From assembly GCA_963663545.1 (NCBI GenBank), contig OY760505.1:1888001-1952000 (forward strand): DNA of 64,000 nt, in the 5' to 3' direction. The stretch comes from Candidatus Delongbacteria bacterium (GTDB lineage: Bacteria; CAIWAD01). Shown piece by piece: positions 19,638 to 30,415 of this stretch (within the stretch, counting starts at the first letter, position 1; the number at the start of each line of letters is the position of its first letter). Both the position numbers and the translations under genes were made by a program. The notes beneath the pieces are model-generated. The model had not been told where the DNA came from. It saw only the letters and a program-made list of their open reading frames with translations, and ran no database searches.

Positions 19638-21167
19638 TTAGAAGCTGAAGCGATTTCGTCCGTTGGCCTTGGACTCGTAGAGCTTGTCATCGGCACGCTT
19701 CAGCAGCATGTCGGGATCCATGCCGGCTTCTGAACCGTCAAAGCATGCCAGTCCCAAACTGATGGTCACGTGAAGCGGCTCGTCCGGCCGATAGGTAAAG
19801 GGATGAGTCTCAACGGCTCGACGCAGTTTTTCGGCTGCAATGCGTGAAGCGTAAAGGCTTGTTTCTGGCAACAGCACAACGAATTCCTCGCCGCCGTAGC
19901 GAGCCGCCACATCGGATCCGCGCAGACTGGAGCGCAGGCACGCGGCCAACTCCACCAGAATGACGTCGCCCTGCTGGTGGCCATAGGTGTCGTTGAATTG
20001 CTTGAAATGATCCACATCAATGAGAATGCAGGTCATCGGACGCTGATAGCGTTGACAACGGCGGAATTCCCGTTGAAAAGTGTCGTTGAAAAAGCGCCTG
20101 TTGAACAAGCTCGTTAGCTCGTCAACAGAAGCCAGCTCCGAAAGGCGCTCATTGGCAACACGCAGTCGCCGGGCAAGATCTTCGGCTTTGGATTTTGCCT
20201 CCGCCAGCTCGCGATTCATGCGTTCGTAGGTGGCATTGCTTTCGGCTAGTTCCTGATTGGCAATGTCGAGCACTTCGGTATAGCTCATCAGATTGCGAAC
20301 GTCCATGCCGAAACTGCGACCGACTTCCACCACTTCTTCGCGGATTGTTCGGAAGAAGTGATCCACCTCGTCGGCGGACATCTGCTGCAGGCGGTTGGCC
20401 TCGATCTTGTAATCGCGGATCGAGATGCCTTTGTTGGGACTGTAAAACACACGGGCTGCCAGACGCGACAGATGAATGAGACGCGCAACCGTCTGGACCT
20501 GCTCGTCTTCCTGCTCCAGCCCGTTCAGGTCGTGATGATAGTGTACAGGACGCCACAGAATGGAGGGCAGATCCCATTTGCGCAACAGAGCTTCGCCAAG
20601 GGCTTCGTGCGAGACGGTGAAATCGCGAACCTCGCTGACAACAATATCCTCGCCTTCGTGCAGTTCTTTGGCTAGCACGTCAGCGTAACTTTCGCCGAAT
20701 AACTTCAACTGCACCAACATGCCGACATCCATCAGCAGGGCAGCCATGAAGACTTCTTCGGGATCGACGCCTTTGATGCGGTGCGAGAGTTTGCGAGCAT
20801 TCACCGCAGAAAACAGACTGCGCTCCCAGACGATTTTGAGATCGTGAATCGCTTCACTGCTTTCGATCATCATCTCGACGACCGAAGTGGAGAGCACAAC
20901 CGATTTCACAGCCTCGTAGCCCAACAGGACAACGGCATGACTAATGGTAGACACCTGCTGCGAAAGGCCGTAGAAGGCCGAATTCACGACGCGGAGTACA
21001 CGAGTAGCCAAGGCCGTGTCTTTGCTGATGAGCGCAGCAATCTCGTCTACCTGGCTATCAGCGCGTTCGATTGTACTCAGGGCCGCAGTAACGATTGGCG
21101 ACAATGCAGGCAGGTCTTCAATGCGGTCGAGGAGAACTTCTGGATCTGTGGCGGTAATGCTACTCAT
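19638..21167 (-). CDS. HDOD + GGDEF diguanylate cyclase
   Basis: HDOD: LPALSP, LRVVNSAFYG. GGDEF: DELTSLFNRR, DVDHFK, RGSD (I-site)...RYGGEEF. Confidence 0.92.
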   Translation of the reverse strand: MSSITATDPEVLLDRIEDLPALSPIVTAALSTIERADSQVDEIAALISKDTALATRVLRVVNSAFYGLSQQVSTISHAVVLLGYEAVKSVVLSTSVVEMMIESSEAIHDLKIVWERSLFSAVNARKLSHRIKGVDPEEVFMAALLMDVGMLVQLKLFGESYADVLAKELHEGEDIVVSEVRDFTVSHEALGEALLRKWDLPSILWRPVHYHHDLNGLEQEDEQVQTVARLIHLSRLAARVFYSPNKGISIRDYKIEANRLQQMSADEVDHFFRTIREEVVEVGRSFGMDVRNLMSYTEVLDIANQELAESNATYERMNRELAEAKSKAEDLARRLRVANERLSELASVDELTSLFNRRFFNDTFQREFRRCQRYQRPMTCILIDVDHFKQFNDTYGHQQGDVILVELAACLRSSLRGSDVAARYGGEEFVVLLPETSLYASRIAAEKLRRAVETHPFTYRPDEPLHVTISLGLACFDGSEAGMDPDMLLKRADDKLYESKANGRNRFSF

Positions 21168-21702
21168 TGCTCAGAATTGTGATGGTGCTCCGGCCAAAGG
21201 TTTTTTCTTTCCAGACGGACCAGCGTGCGGATTCCAGCTTGACCGGTGTGGGGTGTTCGATCACCATGCGCCCACCCGGAAGCAGCAGATCAGCCTCGTC
21301 CAACTGCTTCATCAACACAGCATAATCCGTGCTGTCGTAGGGTGGATCGACAAAGACGAGATCAACCTTGAGCCCATACGAGCGCTTAGCGAGAAAGGCA
21401 GAGACACTCGAGCGAACGACATCGGCACATTCAGCCGCACCTACAATGCCAAGGTTCTGATGAATCAGTCGAAGCGCTGTATTGCTGTTGTCAACAAAAA
21501 GCCCCTGACTCGCCCCCAAACTCAAGGCATGCAATCCCAACGTGCCGCAACCAGCATACAAATCCAGAAAGCGTGCCTCGCGAAAATAGTCGCGCATGAC
21601 ATTGCAGATCCAATCGCGCATTCTGCTGGTGGTGGGGCGAATGCGTCCGTCCGCGGGAGTTTTCAGCCGCCGACCTTTGTAGCTGCCAAAGAGAATCTGC
21701 AT
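21160..21702 (-). CDS. rsmD: 16S rRNA m2G966 methyltransferase
   Basis: Motifs GSYKGRRL, IRPT, LDLYAGCG, VDPPY. Confidence 0.9.
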   Translation of the reverse strand: MQILFGSYKGRRLKTPADGRIRPTTSRMRDWICNVMRDYFREARFLDLYAGCGTLGLHALSLGASQGLFVDNSNTALRLIHQNLGIVGAAECADVVRSSVSAFLAKRSYGLKVDLVFVDPPYDSTDYAVLMKQLDEADLLLPGGRMVIEHPTPVKLESARWSVWKEKTFGRSTITILSNE

Positions 21703-21711
21703 CGGCCCTTC

Positions 21712-23001
21712 CTATTGGACCCGGGGAAGAATGCGAACGCGCCAACCCTTGGCCGGAGCTTGCTCGTCGAACCAGTCGCCGCGCACTTCGCCGTCTCCAC
21801 GCAAGCGCTGCAGCACAACGCATGCGGGATCTGCACGTAGTCTACTGCTTAGTTCAGAAAGCGATTGGACGGTTAGCGAGGCTTCCACGGTCGGCGAAGT
21901 CGATGGAGCAAGGGGACGATCGAAATGAATCCAGTGCCCCATTTCCCCAACGTAACTAACGCGCGCAGGTAGGGGCAATGCAGCGATCAAACCCGCACCA
22001 TCCAATCCGCCGGATAGCACATAAACGCCATCGCTCTGCAAGTACAAAAAATCACCGAGTTGATCTTCAACTGCCGCAAGCGAGCGCAACAGGTCGAGAC
22101 AGTCGGTGCTGGCACCTATCGCTGCAGGTCGAGTTCTTGGCTGCCGCGCTGGCAGAGGATCGTTTCGAGTCGGTTGTGCCACAGCGGGTAGGGGTGCTGT
22201 TCCCTTCTCCTGAACCGCCTCGGTGACGGCTGAACTCGATCCACTATCCTGTGCCGCCGCCAGAAGACTATCGGGAACCAGCTGCAGCACGCTACTGTCA
22301 AGTGGCGCTTGTACGAGCTTCTCTTGCTCGGCTTCCAGCGGTTGACTCTCGCGAGAAGGCCACGGCAGTCCGTGCGTCCAAACCCAGGAAACACCGACGG
22401 CGGCAACCAGAATTGCAAAGACGGCCAGCAAGGGACGGCTCCAGCGCGTGGGATCTCGGTACTTCTCGATCTCACGGGCCGCGTCAAGCGCGTCGCTGTC
22501 AGCACGTTCGACCACAAAGTGAGGCTCGGTAATCGTCCCCACCTCGCTCAGCACACCAACAGCTTGAAGCCGTAAACCGCAGTTCGCAAAGAGCTGCTCA
22601 AGGAAGTTGTACATACTTTTGCGCACGGCCATCAGACGCGTAAGTTCTGCCGTTTCAAAGTAGTTGTAGTAGTAGTTGCGCGCGCTTTCGGGTGCGTTGC
22701 TTTCCAGCTCCCAGTGAACCTGTCCTGCTGGATTGGGCATGTTGTCCAGCCCGGTGTAGGGCAGATCAATAACAACGACGCCCCACTCTCGCGGAATGTA
22801 AACCAGGAGGGGCTGATCCTGGGGCAACTCCGGCAACAGCCGGTTCATGTACTCCGAGATCAGCCCCGCAAGTTCAGCCTTCTGCACCAAACCGGGATGG
22901 ATTTGGTAAGGAAGCTCAAGTTCCTGATCACCCTGAGGCAGGTGCAAGCACAGACGCTCCGCCCACAGCGAGCAGGCAATGGCGTCCTGTGCTATTCCCA
23001 C
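21712..23001 (-). CDS. Hypothetical bitopic protein with a PilM/GspL-like N-terminal region (tentative)
   Basis: Segments 'QVHWELE...YYYNY...LMAVRK...GLRLQAV' resemble cytoplasmic PilM/GspL regions; one central TM and a Pro/Ala-rich linker. Confidence 0.5.
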   Translation of the reverse strand: MGIAQDAIACSLWAERLCLHLPQGDQELELPYQIHPGLVQKAELAGLISEYMNRLLPELPQDQPLLVYIPREWGVVVIDLPYTGLDNMPNPAGQVHWELESNAPESARNYYYNYFETAELTRLMAVRKSMYNFLEQLFANCGLRLQAVGVLSEVGTITEPHFVVERADSDALDAAREIEKYRDPTRWSRPLLAVFAILVAAVGVSWVWTHGLPWPSRESQPLEAEQEKLVQAPLDSSVLQLVPDSLLAAAQDSGSSSAVTEAVQEKGTAPLPAVAQPTRNDPLPARQPRTRPAAIGASTDCLDLLRSLAAVEDQLGDFLYLQSDGVYVLSGGLDGAGLIAALPLPARVSYVGEMGHWIHFDRPLAPSTSPTVEASLTVQSLSELSSRLRADPACVVLQRLRGDGEVRGDWFDEQAPAKGWRVRILPRVQ

Positions 23002-24362
23002 GACTTCAAGCCATTGTAAATGAAGCCGTCATTCTTCGGCGGTTCAACTTCCCACAGCTTGAGGATGCCATTGGTGTAGCTTTCATCACCCGTAATCGGG
23101 CTGTACACGGCAAAGCCGACGGTGTCAACACGAACAGCCTCAAAGGAGGGCTGGACACGCAAGCGGCCAATCAGGCCTGCAACCAGTGTGTCGGCAAGAA
23201 GGCGAGTGAACTGCTCTTTGGCAACCGGCGAGTTGTACTCGGGAAAGAGCACGTCCTCGCGGAATTCATCTGATGTGTAATAGGCTACGGAATCCACCGG
23301 CACACCGCCCGTTAGCAGCGGAACGCTAGGATCAGCGTTGGCTCCAGAAGCTGTCCGTGTCTTCTCCGATTCAGAGATCACGCGCTGTCCCGAACGTAGC
23401 GTGGCTGCGGCGGCCAGAGTTTCCTCAATCAGGATCTCAATCTTGAGATCCTCTGGCACCTTGTAAGCAGCATCTCCAGCGGCAGCGGCAGAGTCTGCCA
23501 GCGCTTGATATCGCATACCAACAGCTTGGCTGGCCATGCTCTTCAGCTCGTTCATGAACGCCTGCTTGCGCGCCAATGTCGTAACAACCTCACCCTCATC
23601 ACCATTAATGGTGTACAGGTATTCGCCCTTGTAGGCGTAGCGGCAAATGTGCTTCAGAATGAAGGTCTTGCCAGTATGCGGACAGGTAGAAATCTCATGT
23701 AGCGGTTGCGTAAAGCTGAAGCGCTTCACAGGCTGCGATACGGTGTCACCGTGGCTGAAACGCAAGGAGTCGGGATAGGGATAGAACAGGCCGCCTGTAG
23801 AGGCCCACAGGTCACGGCCAACGGTACCCATCTTGCGACGGAAGATCTTCACTTCCGAATCAGAGACGAGGTGAAGTGTATCGGACTGCAGGCCCTCGTA
23901 GAGCGGCTTGAACTGCGCCCAGACCTTTGTGTGATACAATGACTTGGTGCTTGAATCCGGCAGAACAAGGGTCTCGGGTTGCCCATACGCATAGCGTAGC
24001 GTGTCAATGCGCATGGTGTCTTCAAGCGAGATCAGCACCGAGTCGCGGAAACCACTTAGGTCACGGGGCAGCAGCACCTTGCGCTCAACATTGAAGCGAT
24101 ATGGCGCCGCGCTCACAACGCAGGTGTCGAGGGAGCCGATTATCTCGTCTAAGGTGTGCGGCCAAACGCGATGAAAGTAGAAATATTGGAGACCCGCCAC
24201 TTCGACATTACTCATCCGCTCACGGGCCAGCTGGGTATCGCGCTGGTGAGTTTCCCACTGGCTCTTGGAGAAATACACCGTGAAGACGAGAACGCCAGCG
24301 AGGACAACAATCAGCAGCTTCAACAGTATCGAGCCGCCTCCAGTGGACGCCTTCTTCGACAT
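22992..24362 (-). CDS. Hypothetical protein with N-terminal TM helix, pilin/pseudopilin-like (tentative)
   Basis: Likely start MSKKASTGGGSILLKLLIVVL, followed by an amphipathic helix; CPHTG motif and C-terminal NGLKSWE. Confidence 0.55.
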   Translation of the reverse strand: MSKKASTGGGSILLKLLIVVLAGVLVFTVYFSKSQWETHQRDTQLARERMSNVEVAGLQYFYFHRVWPHTLDEIIGSLDTCVVSAAPYRFNVERKVLLPRDLSGFRDSVLISLEDTMRIDTLRYAYGQPETLVLPDSSTKSLYHTKVWAQFKPLYEGLQSDTLHLVSDSEVKIFRRKMGTVGRDLWASTGGLFYPYPDSLRFSHGDTVSQPVKRFSFTQPLHEISTCPHTGKTFILKHICRYAYKGEYLYTINGDEGEVVTTLARKQAFMNELKSMASQAVGMRYQALADSAAAAGDAAYKVPEDLKIEILIEETLAAAATLRSGQRVISESEKTRTASGANADPSVPLLTGGVPVDSVAYYTSDEFREDVLFPEYNSPVAKEQFTRLLADTLVAGLIGRLRVQPSFEAVRVDTVGFAVYSPITGDESYTNGILKLWEVEPPKNDGFIYNGLKSWE

Positions 24363-24376
24363 GGGATCTCCTGTGT

Positions 24377-24883
24377 TTACTCGGTCGCCTGCTTCCGGTG
24401 CGCCATCAGTGTGTCTGCACCGGGCGGGGGACCCGCCACAATCATGTTTCGTATCCGTTCCAGTGTTGCCGGACCGATTCCGCGAACCCGCTGTAGATCT
24501 TCGACACTGGTAAAGCTTCCAAGAGTAGCGCGCAGATCCAGAATGGCTTGTGCCTTGGCCGGACCGATTCCGGGGATACGACACAGTGCGGCGAGATCGG
24601 CAGAGTTGACATCTACCGGGCCTCGGTTTTCTGCGTTACCGGAAACCCATTCGCTGTCGCACACAAGCGCAGCCTGCAACTGGAAAGCTACTCGTAAACT
24701 GTCAAGGTTTGCGGGAAGCGGCGCCTCTACAGGCCGCCGAAACGCCACAATCAGATATCCAGCACACACCAGCGCCAGCAACACCAACAGAGCTCGACGT
24801 TCCCGGGTAGAAAGTATCTGACTCACGAAACTACCAAACCACTGCAGAATTTGCACGTCGCGCAGCGGCTCGGCGGCGACCAC
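24377..24883 (-). CDS. comEA: ComEA-family helix-hairpin-helix DNA receptor (start uncertain, possibly GTG 24856)
   Basis: N-terminal 'TRERRAL'+TM; VDVNSA...IPGIGPAKAQAI...VRGIGPATLE. Confidence 0.85.
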   Translation of the reverse strand: MVAAEPLRDVQILQWFGSFVSQILSTRERRALLVLLALVCAGYLIVAFRRPVEAPLPANLDSLRVAFQLQAALVCDSEWVSGNAENRGPVDVNSADLAALCRIPGIGPAKAQAILDLRATLGSFTSVEDLQRVRGIGPATLERIRNMIVAGPPPGADTLMAHRKQATE

Positions 24884-24885
24884 GC

Positions 24886-26016
24886 TCAGTTGAAGAATAG
24901 CTTCTTGAGTCGGTTCAACAAGCCACTTTCCTGATGATCCGGCTGTATATCTTCCTGGTGTAAGAGTTTTTCGAACAGCGCGCGCGTTTCTGCCCCGGGC
25001 TTCTCCGGAGTGTATACATGCACATGCACCAGCTGATCACCGCGACGACCGTCTCTGCCCATGATTCCTTTTCCGCGCAGGCGCAACTGGTTGCCACTTT
25101 GCACGCCAGCCGGAATCTTGATCTTTGCCGTCCCACCCAGCACCGGCACGGTCACGTCTCCACCCAGCACGGCCATCGGCATAGAAATGGGTGTGATGCA
25201 AACGACGTTGTTGCCTATGCGCCGGAAATCCTGGTGCGGGATTTCCTCGAGCAGCACAATAATGTCTCCGCGTGGCCCACCACGCTCTCCCACATTGCCC
25301 TGGCCTCGCATGCGTAGATAGTTGCCACTTTCAACACCGGCAGGAACACGAACCTTGACTTTTGTATCACCGCGCACGCGGCCCGTTCCATGACAAGTGG
25401 TGCAGTGCTTGCTAATAATCTTGCCCTCGCCCTGGCAATTCTGGCAGACAGCGACATTCTCCATCATGCCCAGAAAGGTGCGTGTTACTTGTCGCACGCG
25501 ACCAGCACCTTTGCACACCGAGCAGGTCTCGGTTTTGCTCCCGGCTTCTGCCCCACTACCGCCACATGTATCACAGGTCTTCTGCACTTTCACGCGAAGG
25601 GTCTTTTCTACACCCTCTGCGATTTCTTCGAGCGTGAGCTTGAGCGTAATCTGCAGATCGCGGCCGCGGCGCGCGCCGCTGGCCTGCTGCTGGCCGCCAA
25701 AAAAGTCCTCAAACCCGAAACCACCGAAACTCTGCGCAAAAGAGCGGAAGATGTCGTAGGGATCGAAATCCGCGCCAGCACCGCCGCCAAAGCCCTGTGG
25801 GCCAGCGTGGCCGAACTGGTCGTATTGTGCGCGCTTCTGTTCGTCGCTGAGCACCGAATAGGCTTCGCTAACCTCCTTGAAGCGATCCTCGGCTCCCGGC
25901 TCTTTGTTCTTGTCGGGGTGATACTTCATCGCGAGTTGGCGATAGGCTTTTTTGATGCTAGCCTGATCGGCACCACGCTCTACGCCGAGTACTTCGTAAT
26001 AGTCACGCTTGTCCAT
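24886..26016 (-). CDS. dnaJ: Chaperone DnaJ
   Basis: J domain with HPD, G/F region, four CxxCxGxG motifs. Confidence 0.97.
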   Translation of the reverse strand: MDKRDYYEVLGVERGADQASIKKAYRQLAMKYHPDKNKEPGAEDRFKEVSEAYSVLSDEQKRAQYDQFGHAGPQGFGGGAGADFDPYDIFRSFAQSFGGFGFEDFFGGQQQASGARRGRDLQITLKLTLEEIAEGVEKTLRVKVQKTCDTCGGSGAEAGSKTETCSVCKGAGRVRQVTRTFLGMMENVAVCQNCQGEGKIISKHCTTCHGTGRVRGDTKVKVRVPAGVESGNYLRMRGQGNVGERGGPRGDIIVLLEEIPHQDFRRIGNNVVCITPISMPMAVLGGDVTVPVLGGTAKIKIPAGVQSGNQLRLRGKGIMGRDGRRGDQLVHVHVYTPEKPGAETRALFEKLLHQEDIQPDHQESGLLNRLKKLFFN

Positions 26017-26630
26017 CAGTTCTCCTCACGCCGGTTAACCACTACCTGGGCGTGACGAATTACAGTATCACCACTCTTGTAACCCTTCAGATGCTCGGCA
26101 ATAATGATGCCGTCTTCCTGATTTGGATCACACATGGTGGTAAGCGCATCGTGTAGCTCGGGGTTGAATTCTTCTCCCTGTGATACAAATGGTTTGACCT
26201 GCATTCCCTCGAGCAGCTGGCCGAATTTCTCCGTTGCCATCTTGGCACCGCTCAGCAGGGCTTCCATCGTCAACTTGGCGAGATCCTGCTCCAGTAGCCG
26301 CTGCAAATCATCAAGCACGGGCAGCAGTTGCATCACCGTTTCTTCACGAGCCCGGACGCGTGTTACAGCCTGCTCCTGGCGCGTGCGACGGCGAAAATTG
26401 TCAAACTCGGCCAATGTTCTCAGATAGCGATCGTTAGCAGCTGCTAATTCTCCACGCAGCTGCTCCAACTCGCTACCTAGCGAAGCCACCTCTTCTTCAC
26501 ATGTATCACAATCCGTAGCGGTCCCTGATTGTTCTTCCGCCTCTACTGCAGCCGGGGTTTGCTCGTCAGCAACCTGTGTCACGTCAGCTTCTTCCCTACT
26601 CTGCTTGTTGGCATTCTTGCGACTCATCAT
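26016..26630 (-). CDS. grpE: Nucleotide exchange factor GrpE
   Basis: Motifs [26 protein letters not shown]...IRHAQVVV. Confidence 0.95.
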   Translation of the reverse strand: MMSRKNANKQSREEADVTQVADEQTPAAVEAEEQSGTATDCDTCEEEVASLGSELEQLRGELAAANDRYLRTLAEFDNFRRRTRQEQAVTRVRAREETVMQLLPVLDDLQRLLEQDLAKLTMEALLSGAKMATEKFGQLLEGMQVKPFVSQGEEFNPELHDALTTMCDPNQEDGIIIAEHLKGYKSGDTVIRHAQVVVNRREEN

Positions 26631-26638
26631 GCTCCTGC

Positions 26639-27700
26639 TTACTTCTTCTCACCAAGGCGACGACTGATCAAACCAGCCGTATACTTCACCAGGCTGCTCA
26701 AACGCGAATAGTCCATTCGTCGAGGACCGATTACACCCAACAGTCCAGGCAAATTGCCGATTTGGTAGCCTGCCGTAATCAAGCTGTATTCCATCACCTT
26801 CTGGTTTTCGTTTTCAGCACCTATGGAAATGGACAGTTCATCTTCGATGTGTTTGCTGACCAGGTGCCACACCATTTCTCGGTCTTCGACGATCTCCAGC
26901 ACACTCCGCAGGCCTTCTTCGCGAAACTCCGGCAGCGACGCCAGCTGGCCAGCGCCCTCCAGAATGACATCGTTGCTACCAACGGATGTAAAGAGCCTGT
27001 TCGTAGACTCGATGAAAACGCGTGCTACATCTATTCCCTCACCGCGCACGTCAGCCAGTCGTTCATGAATTGTCTCACGGATTTCGCGCAAGGTAAGTCC
27101 TACCAGTCGCTGTTGTATCACGCGCGCTATACCCGGCAGGTCGTCCGGTTTGATCTGCTGTTCGATTTCGAGCGTAACCGTCCGCGCCAAACCACTTGCC
27201 ACGGTAACGACAACCAGCACACGGTGACTCGATAAAGGCACCAGATCAATGCGCTCCAGGCGTCCGCCCTCAAACACCGGTGCCAGCACTACACCCAGAT
27301 TCACACTGATGGTCGAGAGCAACTGCGCTGTACGCGCAAGAATAGCCTCAACATCTGGCATCAATTCCTGCACGTTTCGCTCAATGAGGGCTTGCTCCTC
27401 AGCGCTGAGCTGCTGCTGTGTCATCATGTAGTTTACATACAAACGGTAGCCCATATCCGTTGGCACACGGCCGGCGCTAGTGTGCGGATGCGTCAGCAAC
27501 CCGCGCTCCTCCAGATCTGCCATCGCGTTGCGAATGGTGGCCGCCGAAAGACCAAGATCCGGCTGTTTGCTAAGGGTTCGTGAACCGACAGGTGTGGCGC
27601 TCAGGATGAAGCTGTGGATCACATGACGCAAGACCAGCGCCTCGCGATCCGAGAGGCCGGGCACCTGAAGAAAAGACTCGCTGTTGATCCGTTGATTCAC
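26639..27700 (-). CDS. hrcA: Heat-inducible repressor HrcA
   Basis: Motifs PVGSRTL, SAATIRNAMADLE, HTSAGRVPT, GVIGPRRMDY. True start is probably GTG 27700 with a GAGG RBS, since the longer ORF overlaps rpmH. Confidence 0.93.
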   Translation of the reverse strand: MNQRINSESFLQVPGLSDREALVLRHVIHSFILSATPVGSRTLSKQPDLGLSAATIRNAMADLEERGLLTHPHTSAGRVPTDMGYRLYVNYMMTQQQLSAEEQALIERNVQELMPDVEAILARTAQLLSTISVNLGVVLAPVFEGGRLERIDLVPLSSHRVLVVVTVASGLARTVTLEIEQQIKPDDLPGIARVIQQRLVGLTLREIRETIHERLADVRGEGIDVARVFIESTNRLFTSVGSNDVILEGAGQLASLPEFREEGLRSVLEIVEDREMVWHLVSKHIEDELSISIGAENENQKVMEYSLITAGYQIGNLPGLLGVIGPRRMDYSRLSSLVKYTAGLISRRLGEKK

Positions 27701-27728
27701 CTTGACCTCAACCTTGCACAGAACCAAG

Positions 27729-27757
27729 ATTATAGAATGGACACCGCCAGGAGTCAA
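27729..27757 (-). promoter_or_regulatory. Sigma70-type promoter of the hrcA operon
   Basis: TTGACT-N17-TATAAT on the minus strand. Confidence 0.8.
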
Positions 27758-27787
27758 GCTCTCTGGAACTCTCTCCGCCTTTGCCTC

Positions 27788-27816
27788 TTGCTTTGTTGAG
27801 AGTCTCTTGGTAAACT
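27788..27816 (+). promoter_or_regulatory. Sigma70-type promoter of the rpmH operon
   Basis: TTGCTT-N17-TAAACT. Confidence 0.6.
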
Positions 27817-27865
27817 CGGTGTCTTTCTTGAAACGAAATGCATCCCACTTGAGGAGATAGTCGCG

Positions 27866-28009
27866 ATGAAGCGCACCTATCAACCCAGTAATCGCAAGCG
27901 CCGCAACAAGCACGGGTTCCGTGCTCGCATGGCCACCGCAGCCGGACGGCGTGTCCTGGCATCCCGTCGACTGAAGGGCCGTAAGCGCCTGACTGTCAGT
28001 GACGAATGA
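27866..28009 (+). CDS. rpmH: 50S ribosomal protein L34 (absent from the ORF track)
   Basis: [56 protein letters not shown]. Confidence 0.98.
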   Translation: MKRTYQPSNRKRRNKHGFRARMATAAGRRVLASRRLKGRKRLTVSDE

Positions 28010-28385
28010 CAACCGGCTTCCGCGCTCCTGTATTCTGAAGAGTTCCGCGCGTATTGCGGACCTTTTCTCTTCGGGCTCTCGCGTGCGAGGCCGATTCGTC
28101 ACCTTGTATTCGCTTCCCTCAGAGCGGCCTCGAGCCGCTTTCATTGTGCCAAAGCGCTATGGAAAAGCCGTGTTGCGCAACCAGCAAAAACGGCGCATGA
28201 GGGAAGCCTACCGGCAGCATCGTGGCTGGTTTACGGACAACCGGGACCTGCTTTTCTATATGCATCCTGCAAGGCAGAAGGGGCGACAGAAGGGTCCTTT
28301 GCCCGTGCAGAAAGTAGCCGCTTGGCAGGAAATCCTTCTGGACCTGCAACATGTGGGTGCTCGTCGTGAAAAGGCTCGCCATTAA
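27999..28385 (+). CDS. rnpA: RNase P protein component
   Basis: [21 protein letters not shown] (RNR-like motif) and synteny. Confidence 0.9.
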   Translation: MTNDNRLPRSCILKSSARIADLFSSGSRVRGRFVTLYSLPSERPRAAFIVPKRYGKAVLRNQQKRRMREAYRQHRGWFTDNRDLLFYMHPARQKGRQKGPLPVQKVAAWQEILLDLQHVGARREKARH

Positions 28386-28572
28386 TCTGATCCGCCTCTA
28401 TCAGAGGTGGATTTCGCCGCTCTCGGGGCCGCAATGTCGCTACTACCCAAGCTGTTCCGAGTATGCACGAATGAGCTTTGAGAAGTACGGATTCTTTCAC
28501 GCCCTGGGAAAGAGTTGCTGGCGTTTGCTACGCTGCAATCCTTGGTCCGGTGGCGGGGTGGATTATCCATAA
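28351..28572 (+). CDS. yidD: Membrane protein insertion efficiency factor
   Basis: YQRWISP...CRYYPSCSEY...RCNPW..GG.D. Confidence 0.93.
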   Translation: MWVLVVKRLAINLIRLYQRWISPLSGPQCRYYPSCSEYARMSFEKYGFFHALGKSCWRLLRCNPWSGGGVDYP

Positions 28573-28593
28573 AATCAGTGAGATCGCGAAGTA

Positions 28594-30390
28594 ATGGACA
28601 AGCGCACTTATCTGGCATTCGTTCTGATCGGCTTGATCGCCCTGTTCATGAGCAGCAAAACCTACAAGCAGTGGGTTGGGCAGCCGACGCAACCCGTTGA
28701 GCAAACCACGGCACAGATTCAGGACGACCAGGGCAGCCCCGACAATGCCAGCGGCGACGGTTGGACGGATGAGGACAGATCAGATCCGGAGGAGGCCTTT
28801 GACTCTTCCGATCTCGTTGAAGACGCTCCTTTTACAGAGTCCCTGCTGCGTGTGGAAACCCCGCACTACATCATGACCTTCAGCAACCGCGGTGGCGGTC
28901 CTGTCCGCGGCGAACTGAAAGGACTCAAGTCCTACTACGGCGAGACGGTGCTGCTTTTCGATAATGGCGGCAACAACACCTCGCTTCTTCTGAACTACGA
29001 CGGGCAGCGCATTGACACCGGCACTCTTCCCTTTGAATCGGATCGCGACTACGACCTGATTCTGGGCGAGAACGAGCAGGCTTCGCTCGCCTATCGCTAC
29101 ACAATGCCTGATGGCGCAGTTGTGGAGAAGACCTTCCGCTTTGATGCCGCGTTGTTTGTTGTTGAAATGGACCTCTCGGTACGCGATCTCAGTAGCCCTC
29201 TTCGCGGTGGCAATTACTACCTGGGCTGGGATAGCCCCATGCGCATCACAGAACCCGACACGCTTCAAGACGCCTACTATACAGAAGCACTGGCCCTAAT
29301 GGGCAACGATGTCGACAACTTTGGTATCGGTCGTCGCAAAGACATCCAGGAAGAAAGCTGGGAAGGCAGCATCGGCTGGGCCGGTGCCCGCACCAAGTAT
29401 TTCGCTCTGATCATTGAACCCGATCGTCGCGCAGAAAAGGTGAGCTTTGTCGGTCAGCAGCAGCACTATCCCGGTGGTCGCGGAAGCTGGAAGCACTACA
29501 GCTTTGAGCTGGGCCTGGCACTGGAATCGCAGCGCGGCATTGATGATTCTTTCCGTCTCTACATGGGTCCGCTTTCCCGCAGCACCCTTGTTGGAATGTC
29601 TGAAAGCGTTTCCAAAGCCGTCATGACCAAGACAAGCCTTGGACCGATGTCTTTCATGTGGGGGATGATCAAACCCTTCGCCATTGGCATTCTCTGGCTG
29701 CTGAAGTTCCTGCACAAGTTCATCAGCAACTATGGCATCATCCTGCTTCTACTTGCTGTGGTCATTAAGCTGATCACTTGGCCCTTGACCATGAAAAGCT
29801 ACCGCAGCATGAAGGAGATGGCCAACATCAAGCCCCTACTGGAGGAGTTGCAGAAGAAATACGCGAACGACAAGCAGAAGCTTCAAGTGGAAACGATGGC
29901 GCTGTACAAAGAACACGGCGTCAACCCGTTCGGAAGCTGCCTGCCAACCTTGTTGCAGATGCCTGTCTTGTTCGCGCTATTCTTTGTTTTCCGTGGCACT
30001 TTTGAACTACGTGGTGCCAGCTTTTTTGGCTGGATCAATGATCTTTCGGTGCCTGACGTCGTGTTCTCGCTGCCTTTCTCGCTGCCTTTCTATGGCGCGG
30101 ATGTTGCCGTTCTTCCGCTGGTGTATACGGTCATTTCCATTTTTACTTTCCGTATGACGATGGCGGATCAGCAGAACAAGATGATGATGTACGCCATGCC
30201 CCTGATGATGCTAATGATTTTCAATCGTTTGCCCTCAGGATTGACCCTGTACTATATCGCGTTCAACCTGTTGCAGTTGGTGCAACAGCACTATACCAAG
30301 GGTATGACCGTGGCTGGGCCGTCCCAGGCCAGTGCCGCCAATACTGATGCTGCGGATTCCATTCGCATGAAGCGCAAGCGGCGCAATTAG
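28594..30390 (+). CDS. yidC: Membrane protein insertase YidC
   Basis: N-terminal TM (MDKRT), periplasmic domain, GVNPFGSCLP.LLQMP, PSGLTLY. Confidence 0.95.
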   Translation: MDKRTYLAFVLIGLIALFMSSKTYKQWVGQPTQPVEQTTAQIQDDQGSPDNASGDGWTDEDRSDPEEAFDSSDLVEDAPFTESLLRVETPHYIMTFSNRGGGPVRGELKGLKSYYGETVLLFDNGGNNTSLLLNYDGQRIDTGTLPFESDRDYDLILGENEQASLAYRYTMPDGAVVEKTFRFDAALFVVEMDLSVRDLSSPLRGGNYYLGWDSPMRITEPDTLQDAYYTEALALMGNDVDNFGIGRRKDIQEESWEGSIGWAGARTKYFALIIEPDRRAEKVSFVGQQQHYPGGRGSWKHYSFELGLALESQRGIDDSFRLYMGPLSRSTLVGMSESVSKAVMTKTSLGPMSFMWGMIKPFAIGILWLLKFLHKFISNYGIILLLLAVVIKLITWPLTMKSYRSMKEMANIKPLLEELQKKYANDKQKLQVETMALYKEHGVNPFGSCLPTLLQMPVLFALFFVFRGTFELRGASFFGWINDLSVPDVVFSLPFSLPFYGADVAVLPLVYTVISIFTFRMTMADQQNKMMMYAMPLMMLMIFNRLPSGLTLYYIAFNLLQLVQQHYTKGMTVAGPSQASAANTDAADSIRMKRKRRN

Positions 30391-30415
30391 CCGGGGCCGG
30401 CCGCGCAGAAGAAAC

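Noticed and set aside
27701..28144. Long N-terminal extension of HrcA in the ORF track
   Set aside because: It overlaps rpmH/rnpA and both promoters; GTG 27700 has an RBS and gives a normal length.
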